Assembly (NCBI GenBank): GCA_964188305.1
Contig: OZ076901.1
Direction: 5' to 3' (one strand)
Length of the DNA: 64,000 nt
From: Podarcis bocagei
Taxonomy: Eukaryota
The first letter of the stretch is position 1. Every line of letters begins with the position of its first letter. Below, piece by piece: positions 53,057 through 64,000 of this stretch. A program made the translations under genes and the position numbers. The notes under the pieces were generated by a model. That model did no database searches and was not told the DNA's origin. It saw nothing but the letters and a program-made list of their open reading frames with translations.

Positions 53057-56000
53057 TCCTCCGTGATTCTCAAAGCCTTTGATCACAGTTTTCATGCTGT
53101 TTCGTCAGACCTCAGGAATACAAGTGTAACAGCTGGCATATGCAATTCACTAGGCCTTATTTGTTTACAAGGAGTGGTTAAACATCAGCTAGGAGCAACT
53201 GACTTGCTGCCCATCAATTTTAACTGCTAACCCCAGGGTTCATTTCTTCACTCTTCTGAGAACTGTAAAATCTCTCAATGCACATTCATGTACAATTGAC
53301 ACTAATACATTCTCTCTCACAGGGCTGTGGGTTTGGGATTTTTAAAAAGTTGCTGTGCATTAAACACTGAAAGGGAGACTGAAAAATCAGGGAAATGTAA
53401 ATTTAAGCAGATTTTAGATGCTTAATAGACACTACCAACTACCAAATTATACCTAGGAAATATAGCACCTTTGGGGTTTGTTACCCTACGTCCCCACCTT
53501 TTCACAGGCTCAATCAAGTCGGCCAAGCATGTAAACTGATCCTGTCGCCAGCAAAAGCATTTCCTTTCACTGTGGTCAGCCAAAAACAGAGAAGAAAATG
53601 GAAATGACTTGAAGTTATGGCACCAAAAAGACCAGACAAGCAAGGAAATAATCAACTCCACATGAGCCACTTCTAGCCCATCACAATGAAAAAGGCCTAT
53701 GACTAACCCCAGGAAAGGTCATCGAGACCATGGGGGTCACATGAAGAAAAAGGCAATAGTGAGAGGCTGCCAGCTGCAATAAGAATCAGTGTGTTCCTAA
53801 TTACATTCAGAAAAGAAGGGATTGAGCTCAAATAATGTTTTGATTTAGTCACAACCTAATGTAAAAGCCAGGAACTACAACTTATATTTTTGTGTATTAC
53901 TAGATTAAAAGAAGTCAGGCCTCCAACATGCCTGCGGATGAGAAACTTGCAAAAGTGATTTGAAAAGTCAGATCTAGAAGTACTTTGGGAAGAGAGAAGT
54001 GAGTCTGTTGGTTTCCAAGGTTCAGTCCTCCAACTAAATTTGCAATTTCAATATTTGTACTAGCCTTTCACAAATCTATGGTACTGAATGGAACAAAGAA
54101 TTTACCAGTAGTTTTTCAAAACAAGAATGAAGGCAGGATATGTGTGCACACACCTAAATTTTCTAAATTTAGGACAAAAATACAATGTGTGTAACAAGCT
54201 AATTTGAAGTATACTTTAGAATCATAATATTATTTCAAAAGTTAACATTTTTAACCATTTCAGGAGAATTTTTTGTTATTCATTATTTTTGACACAGATA
54301 TGTTACAAGCCAGGCTTTAATTTATCAGAAATTTTGAGATGGCATCGCTTATTTATTCCAGAATCCTAGGTGTGTAACCTGATATCTGAAGCACCTGGGA
54401 GGGACTTATTTAGCCTGCAGTCTCCATCTTGTAACTGAGTCTACAAGCTGACCTCTTGGTCTCATCTCTGTGTAAACATCTTAATTGTAAGCTGAGTTCT
54501 GGGGAACTCAAAAGTATGCTACACTTTTGTGACATTTTGGATGGTCCCGATGAAGATATTACCAAAGTAGTGGAGATATTGTCATATTTTACTTGTGTAT
54601 CAGCCTGTCTAACTTTGCCTTTTTTCTTATTATTGTATGTCATCTTTAGTAAGCAAATAGAATGGCAATTAAGAAATTTTTTTAAAAATTGTTCTAAAAT
54701 TGCTAGACCAAACAGAAGACAGTCCTCAAGCCTGCTGTCTTTTTCCACAACTGCCATCTTCCACCTATTACTATTGGGGTAGCTCTTCCGACATCTTCCT
54801 TGGGGCAAATTAAGAGCTGTATGCCCTGAAGGAAGGCAGAAGTGAAGAAGCTCAAGGTAGGAGGCTCATTATCAGCTCTTGAAGGGACCACCACTTGGTC
54901 TAAGAAGAAAATGTTCCATATTTTGTACCATTTGTTTGTTTTAGTATTTTAAAAATGCAAATAACATTGGAATGCCTGGGAAGAAAGCTAGTACTGCATA
55001 TCAGTATAACACTGTTAGAAACTGAGATATGAAAGCTAGGAGCTAAATGGCACCTTAAACCTAGGTTATGAGCGCAACAATGGACTGTCAAGGCACTTTT
55101 TTAATAACAAGAATCCTTCTTCCTACCCACCCCCCTAATATTCTTAAGAGGGTCTCTTCTCCAGTCTTCAGAGAGTAGCTGGAAGTGGGGAGACAGAAAA
55201 AGATCCTCCTTTCCTTCCACTATGCAGTTTTAATCTGAAATCTTTGGCGCAGTACTGCGCCCAGAGCTCAGAAACTGCGCGCGCAAATGAAATTCCCTGT
55301 TGTAAAATGTGCCTAGAACAATGGGAGTTTCAAACACTGCAGTGAAATCAATAAATAAGAATGTATAAAAAGTGGTAGTTTCAATGAAGGCTGCTGTCAT
55401 AAGCTTTTATGAAAACCCATTTAATTAATAAATTTATTATAGGTATGTTTAATAACAGCTACTAATCGGTTTATTATCCCCCTCCCATCTTCCTAAAATA
55501 AATTAATATAGCATGGTTTAAATCTGAACAGACAAGTATATGCATGTCTACTCAGAAGCAAGTCTCACTAAGTTCAATGGGCTGACAGCAACTGAGTTGT
55601 CTGTTGTCTGGCTATGCACATCTTACTCCCTCGCTCCCATAACTTCTGGGTTTGGGTCATTTTACACTCCAAGAGCAGAAAGGGTGGAGTTAGGTACAGC
55701 AACTAAATCTGAGGTGTGTGATATCCCTGATACTATTCATGATAAATATGGACACTTGACACAGAAAAGGCAACCAGATGAATACAAATCTCCACAGGCC
55801 ACAAGGGGGAAGGGGATTAAATGAATGCTGTTTCAAAATGATATGGAAAGGCAGGAATGTGGAAAATTTCCTCATCAAAATCCAATACCATCTGCTGTAG
55901 GTCACTGTAACACTCTGAACGCAACCATTAAGAACATATGTTTAAGCAAGCTTTATGCTACTGTGTGCACAAGTACTACCTGAGAGATAAGTGAGACAGA

Positions 56001-56129
56001 AAGACAGTGACTTGCTAAAGTCATGCAGAGAGATCCCATAGTTATGCAGGCATTTGAACCTGCTCACCTTGGGCAACTAGATGGCTTGTGTGCAACACCA
56101 ATATGAAATGCTTTAATTGTTTGTTCTGA

Positions 56130-56950
56130 ACATTTGTATACCGCTATTCTTTAAAAAAGTATCACAGTGGTTTACAACAGTTATACATTAAAAATACACA
56201 AAATTACGGTAAAAAACAACAACAGAGAACAGTTAACTATTACAGAAATATGTATGTGTAACTGCCAGCATAAGCCTCATGGAATAGAAAAAAATTCAGC
56301 AAGCATTTAAAACAGGCGTCAGCAACCTTTTTCAGCCGTGGGCCGGTCCACTGTCCCTCAGACCTTGTGGGGCGCCAGACAACATTTTTTGGGGGGATGA
56401 ACGAATTCCTGTGCCCCACAAATAACCCAGAGATGCATTTTAAATAACATTTAAATAAATTACATTCTACTCATGTAAAAACACGCTGATTCCCGGACCG
56501 TCCATGGGCTGGATTGAAAAGGCAATTGGGCCACATCCGGCCTTAGGTTCCCTACCCCTGATTTAAAAGCTGAAAAAGAAGGTACCTCTACTGGCAGAGT
56601 ATTCCACAAGTATTCCAGTGACACAAAAGGCTTCTTGTTACTATCAAATGAGCTTCGTCAACTTAGGAAACAACTAAAGATTTCCTTGCAGATTATCTCA
56701 GGGATCAGTCTGGAATGTAAGGGTTCAGGTGGTCCCTAAGGTAAATTAATACAAGGACCCAGAACCTGACTTAGTAGCAGATTGGCAGCAATGCTAATGT
56801 TTTAACTATGCTATCACATGCCATCAGCCACATCCCCGGCTGGAGCTTCCACACAAGACCCAGGGCAGCACCACATAGAGCACATTGTAGTAATCTAGCC
56901 TAGAAATTACAAATGCATGGACTGTAGTGGTTATGCTATCCCTGTTCAGG
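56130..56950 (-). mobile_element. Decayed L2 3' region interrupted by a hAT MITE
   Basis: Minus strand encodes TTVHAFVISRLDYYNVLYVVLP, matching the L2 motif LVHA.V.SRLDYCN.LY.GLP. Confidence 0.7.
56313..56560. mobile_element. hAT-Charlie-like MITE
   Basis: Perfect 8-bp TSD ATTTAAAA (56305-56312, 56561-56568); TIRs CAGGCGTCAGCAACCT / AGGTTCCCTACCCCTG. Confidence 0.85.
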
Positions 56951-57834
56951 AACAAATATGCCTATTTTCATTTGTTAAACGTGAGATATCTATATAACTC
57001 AGCAACAATGTTATGCCATCATTTATGCTCTGAATTAAAGTTGATGAGCAACAAACTCGCTTCCAAGTTTATATCACTGTTCTAAAACAAGGAAGGAATC
57101 AAGCAGTCAACACTCCATTTATACATATTACAAACATGATATTGTCCACCCTGCCCCAAATTTGGAAATCACTATGCATGTAGTAATCATACGTATCAAG
57201 GTGTACTGCTCTGATTATGTGACTCCCAATCCCAAGACACTTGTTTGTCCCACTCTTTATTGGCATTTGAACATCTTGTAAAAAAACCTGCTATTTTTTC
57301 ATGCCTTTGCTATTGTGATTATCTGTCCCTCCTACTAGTGCTCTGATGGTGACCATATGTTGCTTTAAAGCTTACTTTGTTGCTGTAACTTCATTCCTAA
57401 CCTTGTTTGATTTTAATAGTATATTAATATTTACCACTTTGAGAACCTTCAGTTCTCAAAGTGGTAAATATAAATTTAAATTAAAAACAGAGTCAGGCAC
57501 TAAAGATAAACCAAACTCTAGAGATAAAGGGTGTACCAAGCACTTTTTACAACCTTGAATCACAGATGTGCACTAGTAAAAAAATTTTTCTAGATTCTAC
57601 AAGTCACAACACTTTCCTGGGAAAAGGTTTAATTTAAAGCAACAGGTAAAGTGTTCCACTGATTCACTATGACTAGACTAGGGTGTTTTGTTTTTCGAGT
57701 CAAGTTTCAGCATGAGCTAGTAGGAACAAAAATATGCCAACTTGCCACAAAGCACCATTTCATGTTTCATCAAACACCACAACCATTTGAAGGAACTCTT
57801 GAACTTTTCCAGGGAGTTTATTTCACAGAAACTT

Positions 57835-57965
57835 AGAATCATAGAACTGTAGAGTTGGAAGGGACCATGTGGGACACCTAGTCCAACCCCCTGCAATGCA
57901 GGAATCTTATACCCAACGCAGGAATCTTTTACCCAACGTAGGTCTCAAACCCACAATCCTGAGAC
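57835..57965 (-). mobile_element. CR1-derived 3' fragment
   Basis: AGAATCATAGAACTGTAGAGTTGGAAGGGACC...TAGTCCAACCCCCTGC. Confidence 0.65.
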
Positions 57966-58906
57966 AAATTCTCTGTGTGCAAGTTATTGTGAAACAAAGT
58001 ACAATGGTGGCTTATTTCTGCAAGTATTAAATCCACATAAATCCATCTACTACTGAAATTGAAAGTCACTATGAAAATCTTGTGCCTTGCAACATGAACC
58101 AGGATTATTATAGCTCACAAGTAGAAGGCTACAAACAACTGCTACAACACTAAATAAAAAAGGACAGAACCAAATGCAAAAGAGCAGAGAAAGAGGGAAA
58201 CTTCAAAATAGTACAGGGTAAAGGAGAGAACTCAAGTAAAACAGTAAACTGTCCAGTGAGTATCAATATAAACTCTCCTCAGAGGCATTATAATTCACCT
58301 TAAACTAAATTTACACCCCCAAGGAACGTTTCAACAAAATAATGTAGTAAATTGTCCATTTACTCTTTTATTAGAGTTCACTACATTTTCCAGTCCCATT
58401 TTGAGTCTTTCTTTATGCCATACAGAATGGTAACAGAAAACTTTGAAGAGTTTTTTGCAACCCTTAAAAAAATATTGATTTAACTTAGAAATTATGACCA
58501 CTGATTATGACCACCGACCAATGAATACATATTTTAATGTATTTCCTTGCTCCTGACTTTTCAACATTTCTATTACAGTTTAATTCTTGGAAACTATAAA
58601 GGCTAAGAAAAGTTGGGCAACTCATCATTGTAAGGCTCCGTGGGTCACATAGCTAAAAAAACTGTACACATTTTGCTGACATGCTGCCAACCTGATTACA
58701 CAGTTGTGTAAGAAATTCTAATTATGGTGTGATGCCTAGAGAGAAATACTTTTCTCCTCTGAAAAACCCCAAAACTGTACATGTTTCAAAGCTAGATAGC
58801 GGCCACCACCTTTATCTGAGCCACACTTCAATTGGTAAGCCTTTTACATTTTGCCTTGAGGTCTATAAATTTTCATTCTTGAACTCAACTCATAGGTCAA
58901 CTAAAT

Positions 58907-59388
58907 CAGTGTTTCCCAACCACTGTTCCGCGGCACACTAGTGTGCCGCGAGATGTTGCCTGGTGTGCCGCGAGATGTTGCCTGGAGGGAGGCGGGCGAG
59001 TCGGGCGGCGAGAGGCGGGGCGGCGGCGGCGAGGAGAGGCCGCCCAGCGCGGGGCTCTTGCCGTCTGCCTGCCTGGCTGCCTGCGAGCTCGGCGGGCAGC
59101 GCCTCCGTCCGCAGCGCCCGCCTCGCGGCTCTCATTCCCTGCCCCTGTCAAAGCTCACCCAGCCAAGCCGCGCTCTCCTTCCTGCCTCGCTTTGCTGCCT
59201 CCTCCCCCCCCCCAAAGCTTGGAGGTTCCCCGGCAAGGGGGAGGGGAAAAAATTGAAACTTAGACTTTCGTGCGTCCCTCCCGGCGTGACGCTGCGCGCT
59301 GACGTCACGGGGCTGTAATGGTGGTGTGCCTCCAGATTTTTTTCATCAAACAAGTGTGCCTTTGCCCAAAAAAGGTTGGGAAACACTG
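58907..59388. mobile_element. Young non-autonomous hAT element with a CpG-rich interior
   Basis: Perfect 15-bp TIRs CAGTGTTTCCCAACC / GGTTGGGAAACACTG; perfect 8-bp TSD AACTAAAT (58899-58906, 59389-59396). Confidence 0.93.
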
Positions 59389-60609
59389 AACTAAATTACA
59401 CATCTGCAAGCTATAGAAGGAATAGGGTAGGGCAGGATTTTCAACTGTTTTAATTATTCAATTGTTATAACGAGACACACAAAAAAGCAGCTTTGTTCTA
59501 AAACTTGGCATGCATATGGCCCTGACTATGTAATGCACACTAAACCATGTCGAACACATCTGGTTCTTAGGTATGGCCAATGACAGTCTAATGGAACTTG
59601 CACATGGAATACAGATTGATTCTACCCTCTGACCTAGAAGCATGATTCTCTGTATATTATTCAACATTCCAAAACATTCTGACTAAAGTATGTCACAAGA
59701 ATGGAGTAGAACACACAAGGTATGCCATGCCAGAAGTGCATAAACAACCCAGTAAAAGTCCACACATCTCAAGAAAGCAAATCAAGCACGGCAGTACAGG
59801 TAACTACAACTTGTGTGCATTTAACTTGAACACATCCAGCTTTATGTGCTTGGCTAAAAAATAAATGAGTGGATGGAAATGGAATAGGTGTCTAGGGAAA
59901 AAGGCTTTGGCAATCTTACACACCCACTCAACCCAATGTGTTTTGACTATATACGATTTTTACTTTATGCGCTGTCCCTGGAGCGTAACCCCTGCGTAAG
60001 TGGAGAGTTGCCTGTACAGAAGAAGAAACCCAAGTAGACTGTTGGTGCATTTTCAGTGAGGAAATTCTTTTAGCTTTACAGTGCCTTACTCCATTCACTA
60101 GTGTAAGCAATCAGTAGTTAAGATACTTTGCATTCAAAAAGAAAGAAAGCTACTAACGTGTACAAGAACTAGGTTTTAATCCAAATACGATCCCTCAAGT
60201 AGTCTCAAATTCAATCGCATAGAGGGAAAAGTAAGATGAGCTAACGTAGAGGCCTGAAGACCTATTAATTTGGTTTGAAAGACTAGAAAAATGACATTAA
60301 AGATGATTCAGATATGATGAAGGAAGAACAAGTGTAGAGATCTGACATTTCATTCCATCACAATGCTCAGATGCCTCAACACTGTTCTTTTGGGAAATTC
60401 CAAAACTTAAATGACAGGAAGAGACACTCACACAAGAATGTAAAAAGAGACTGCTGGATCAGGCCAGAGGCCCATCTACTTCAGCAGCCTGTTCTCACAC
60501 TGACCAACCAGATGTGTATGGAAAACCCACCAGCAGGATCTGAGCACAACATCACTCTCCCCTCCTGTGGTTTCCAACTTTGAAGGCAGAACATATCCAT
60601 CAGGGTTGT

Positions 60610-60831
60610 TATTATTAATTATTATTGCTTACATTTATATACCACCTTTATCTTCCAAGGATCTCAAGGTGGTGTACATGGTTCTCCCCCCCCCCCATGT
60701 CATCCTCACAACAATCCTGTGAGGTAGGTTAGGCTAAGATAGATCATCCAGTGAGTTTCATGGCTGAGTGGGGATTCAAACCCTGCTCTCCCAGGTCCTG
60801 ATTGCAACACTCTAACCATTACACCACACTG
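60610..60831 (-). mobile_element. Older Squam3/MIR-like SINE
   Basis: Head CAGTGTGGTGTAATGGTTAGAGTG...GGTTTGAATCCC, CORE CCTCACAGGATTGTTGTGAGG, AT-rich tail. Confidence 0.7.
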
Positions 60832-61899
60832 TTTAGTATCCATTTTGGCTAAAGAATAATTGTGTTCTGCTATTAAGTATCCACCAGTCATTAAGCACTT
60901 GTGCAAAGGTATCTCAACTCTACTCTAAAATAACTAATAACTTAATTTTCAACTGTACTTACACTGACATTGTCAAGAAACTATAGCAACTCTATAAAAT
61001 ACAGGCCAAAAGTACGCCAGCTTATCAAGTGTTATTTTCTGTTGCAACTTGTACTATAGATACTATTTGTGATCCATAAAATGAACATATATCTATTAAA
61101 TCCACACCTGCAGCTACAATTTATAGCCACCCAGTCATCTACTACTGTCTTACATCATAGGTAATTAGAATTCACTGAATTCATGGCCACAGGGAAAATA
61201 CAAGTCCCATGAATGGGAACACAAAGCAAACACGAGTTCCACAGAATTTCAACCAGCATATGGGAGAGATGAATTAAATCTGACTCAATACGGAGTAAGA
61301 AAGGAGCAACTGTTAAGTTTTGACTTCATGTTATTTATTCTATACTTCACTGACATTTTCACCAAACTCAGTCTTGCTTGCATTTTGCTGGCATATATAC
61401 TAGATTCAAATGAACTGGTGGGCCACACTTTTTAACCTCCTGTAATTCTTTCAGGTTTTGGGAAACCAAAACCCAATGCAAATTTCCAGGTAACTCAGCA
61501 GAAGATTCCATGAGGAAATCAAGCTTTAATGTTCCAAAATGTATCTCAACAGCTTTATCAGATCACAGAACAGCAGATTTACAACAGTATCATTTCAGTA
61601 TTCCTTCAACAATGCAGAAGTCTTATTAGAAAGATTTCTTGGATTGAAGGCTACAGCTATTCTAAAATTTACATGGTATCAACATTGTTTGTACAGCCCC
61701 TGATTTATAGGATATAATGCCAGAAATAAATCCACTTAGTGGTAGGCAAGTCTTGCACCAGCAGTCAAATGCTTTATAACTTCTGTGATTGCTAAATGGG
61801 GATTTGAAGAATTAAATTAAGGATTTGTGATTATTTGCTTTTTAATAATTTCTAAGATTAGGTATTCAGGTATTCAAGCAACAACTTGATTGTTTTATT

Positions 61900-62330
61900 T
61901 AGAGCATAGGCAAAAAACAAAGTCTTGCAGCATCTTTAAAATTAATTTATTATGGCACATGCTTTCAAGGACTAAAGTCCACTTTATCTGATGTATGGAA
62001 TATGATTTTGAATGAGTAGCTACAATATAGTACACATGACTATAAAGAGACAAAACATTAGCTGTCAGATGAGCAGAAAATGAAATGTAAGAAACACAGA
62101 TGGTGAAAAATGTATTAACGCTTAACTGTATGTAAAAGAATTACAATGAGCAACATTGCTTTGTGAACAGTAACATACACATCCTGGCATTGCAAGTTAA
62201 TCAACACTTCTCTTTGTTCAAGAACTGTCAACTTAAGGTCAGTAACAGAGTATTCTGTGGTGGTGAAATGTTCTCCAATGGAATATTGTCCTTTTTGATG
62301 TAATATTTGTGTTTTCTCTCTCTTTCTTTG
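61900..62330 (-). mobile_element. Decayed Penelope-like element
   Basis: Peptide SIGEHFTTTEYSVTDLKLTVLEQ resembles VGEHF..P.HS..DLKV.IL.Q of the GIY-YIG tail; hammerhead relic at 61954-61994. Confidence 0.6.
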
Positions 62331-63644
62331 CATAGAGGCTACTGACCTGGTTGCCCTATGCTGCATGGAATGCAGAAGGCCATTACTGGCAGATGATGCT
62401 GTTTATCATACTGGAAGACAAGCAGGTGAATAAACCCTTGATATTGTGGTTAACATTATTAGGTCCTTTAATACCTATTTTATTGCATCTGTATCTGAGC
62501 TTGTTGCAGTGTTTGATCCTTGCATTTGTGCCTCTGTTATGTGGGCTGTTGGCAATGGTGAGCAGCTGATTCAGGTTAGGGGGACTGCCGGTGAATCAAG
62601 ACATGCCTACTGCCAAACTGCAAAATATAGTTGTAATGGATGATGGGTTGGAATAGTCTTAGCTGGGAGGTATAAGGGACAAAAAGTGGTGTTCTGACAC
62701 CTTCTCCATATCTGTCCAGTACAGCACAGGGTTTCATAGAATGCTGGAAGAAAGAAGTTCCATAGGTAGGAAGAGGCTGCTGACCTCCTCTAACATGCCC
62801 TCACTTTCAATCACAGAGAGCACCATCAGGAGGCTGACACTGGATTCCAAGACTTATTCTTCTAATAGCTCAATTTAGGACCCTAGAGGCCCACACCCAA
62901 TGAATTGGCTGGTACAGAATACGCAAATGTGCCCACAGTTACTAAATAGTAGACTGAGAGAAAATTTCTCCTCACTTTTCCTGATACATGGCCTCCATCA
63001 TCCAGGTTTATCTCCCATATCTGTCTGCCTAACTTATTCCATCACCCTCCCTTACTGATATGTCACCTGACTGCATCATGCTTTCTCTTGTGCCAACATC
63101 ATGCTTCCTGCATATATGCTGTGAGGGGTGAGGAGAATATGTTCACTGCCTATACTGCCAACAAAGGGCTCAGGTAGAAAGACAGGGATGACAATCACCA
63201 CTTCTCTTCCCCACTTCTCTTCCTTTACACTCAACAAACTTGCAGAATCAGAACCCGCTGCCTTCTCACTTCTAAGATCACATACATTTCCTGCCTGGTT
63301 ATGACTGTCTTAGAGATGCCCAGACCTCAATGGACTTGTCATAAAATCACAACCCCATTGTTGAAGCAGTGAGGTAAGTAAACCCTCAGTGCACTGTACA
63401 TCTCTGTCTCATATGCATCCTCAATGCCCAGCAGATTAGCTAGAGTCCACCCCTGATTTTTCAGCACAGCTGTCTTCCACACACTCTCTGCACAGCTTAC
63501 TTACACCAATTCCCTGCTTCGTCACTTGCCACCTACTTTTCTATGGATACAAACATACAAGCAGCCCTGCTGGATCAGACCAAAGGTCCGTCTAATCCAG
63601 CATGCTGTTTTCTCAGTGGCCACTAATTTCTAAAACCTTAATGT

Positions 63645-63754
63645 CAGCCTTTCCCAACCTGCTGCCCGCCAGATATTGTTGGACTTAATTCCCATCAGCC
63701 TCAGCCAGCTGGAGTTGTCTAAAACATATGGAGAGCACTAGGTTGGGGAAGACT
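63645..63754. mobile_element. Palindromic hAT-type MITE (URR1-like)
   Basis: TIRs AGCCTTTCCCAACCT / AGGTTGGGGAAGACT. Confidence 0.65.
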
Positions 63755-64000
63755 CATCAAGACAGCTGTAGAAAGTAGACTTATGTAAACCCTACAGGTA
63801 GCAAGAAAAACCATTTTCAGTAGAGACAGAGAAAGGTACCTGCTATTTACTGATATGTTTTTCTTGAGCATAATGAACCATCAAAAACTGGCCTCATAAA
63901 GCAAATGCCACATCAGTTACCACACAAAATATAGATTGGAATACTCACTTATGACACATTTCTAAGGCAGACATCAGTACTACATAAAATGCCCCAGGCT

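Noticed and set aside
58906-59386. CpG island and six overlapping ORFs as the CDON promoter/first exon or a novel gene
   Set aside because: The region is bounded exactly by hAT TIRs and an 8-bp TSD. ORFs in all frames reflect stop-codon scarcity in GC-rich DNA.

Overview
This is vertebrate genomic DNA from a squamate reptile, probably a lacertid lizard judging by the Sauria and Squam3-type SINEs. The window is dominated by CDON, the Ig/FN3 Hedgehog co-receptor, on the minus strand. I reconstructed all 19 coding exons by hand (ATG at 45568, TAA at 13445). Every intron is GT-AG with consistent phases, giving 3783 nt = 1260 aa + stop: signal peptide, 5 Ig, 3 FN3, TM helix, cytoplasmic tail. Six of these exons are absent from, or out of frame in, the ORF track. 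A long 3'UTR runs down to roughly 9.3-9.6 kb, and the non-coding first exon/promoter lies beyond the right end. At the left end is a plus-strand terminal coding exon (1630-1772) of a convergent gene, probably VSIG10L2 by recalled synteny. The rest is transposon-rich intronic/intergenic DNA: Tc1/mariner and hAT MITEs with target-site duplications (TSDs), SINEs, L1/L2/CR1/Penelope fragments and a possible solo LTR. There is one 142-nt assembly gap. I found no convincing new protein-coding system, and most ORFs in the track are spurious. The best second-look items are an intact minimal hammerhead ribozyme in a Penelope fragment (24396-24433), a near-perfect 53-bp fold-back in intron 17, a MITE with a palindrome-array interior, a cluster of miR-181 seed sites in the 3'UTR, and Asp-to-Glu changes near the recalled caspase site.
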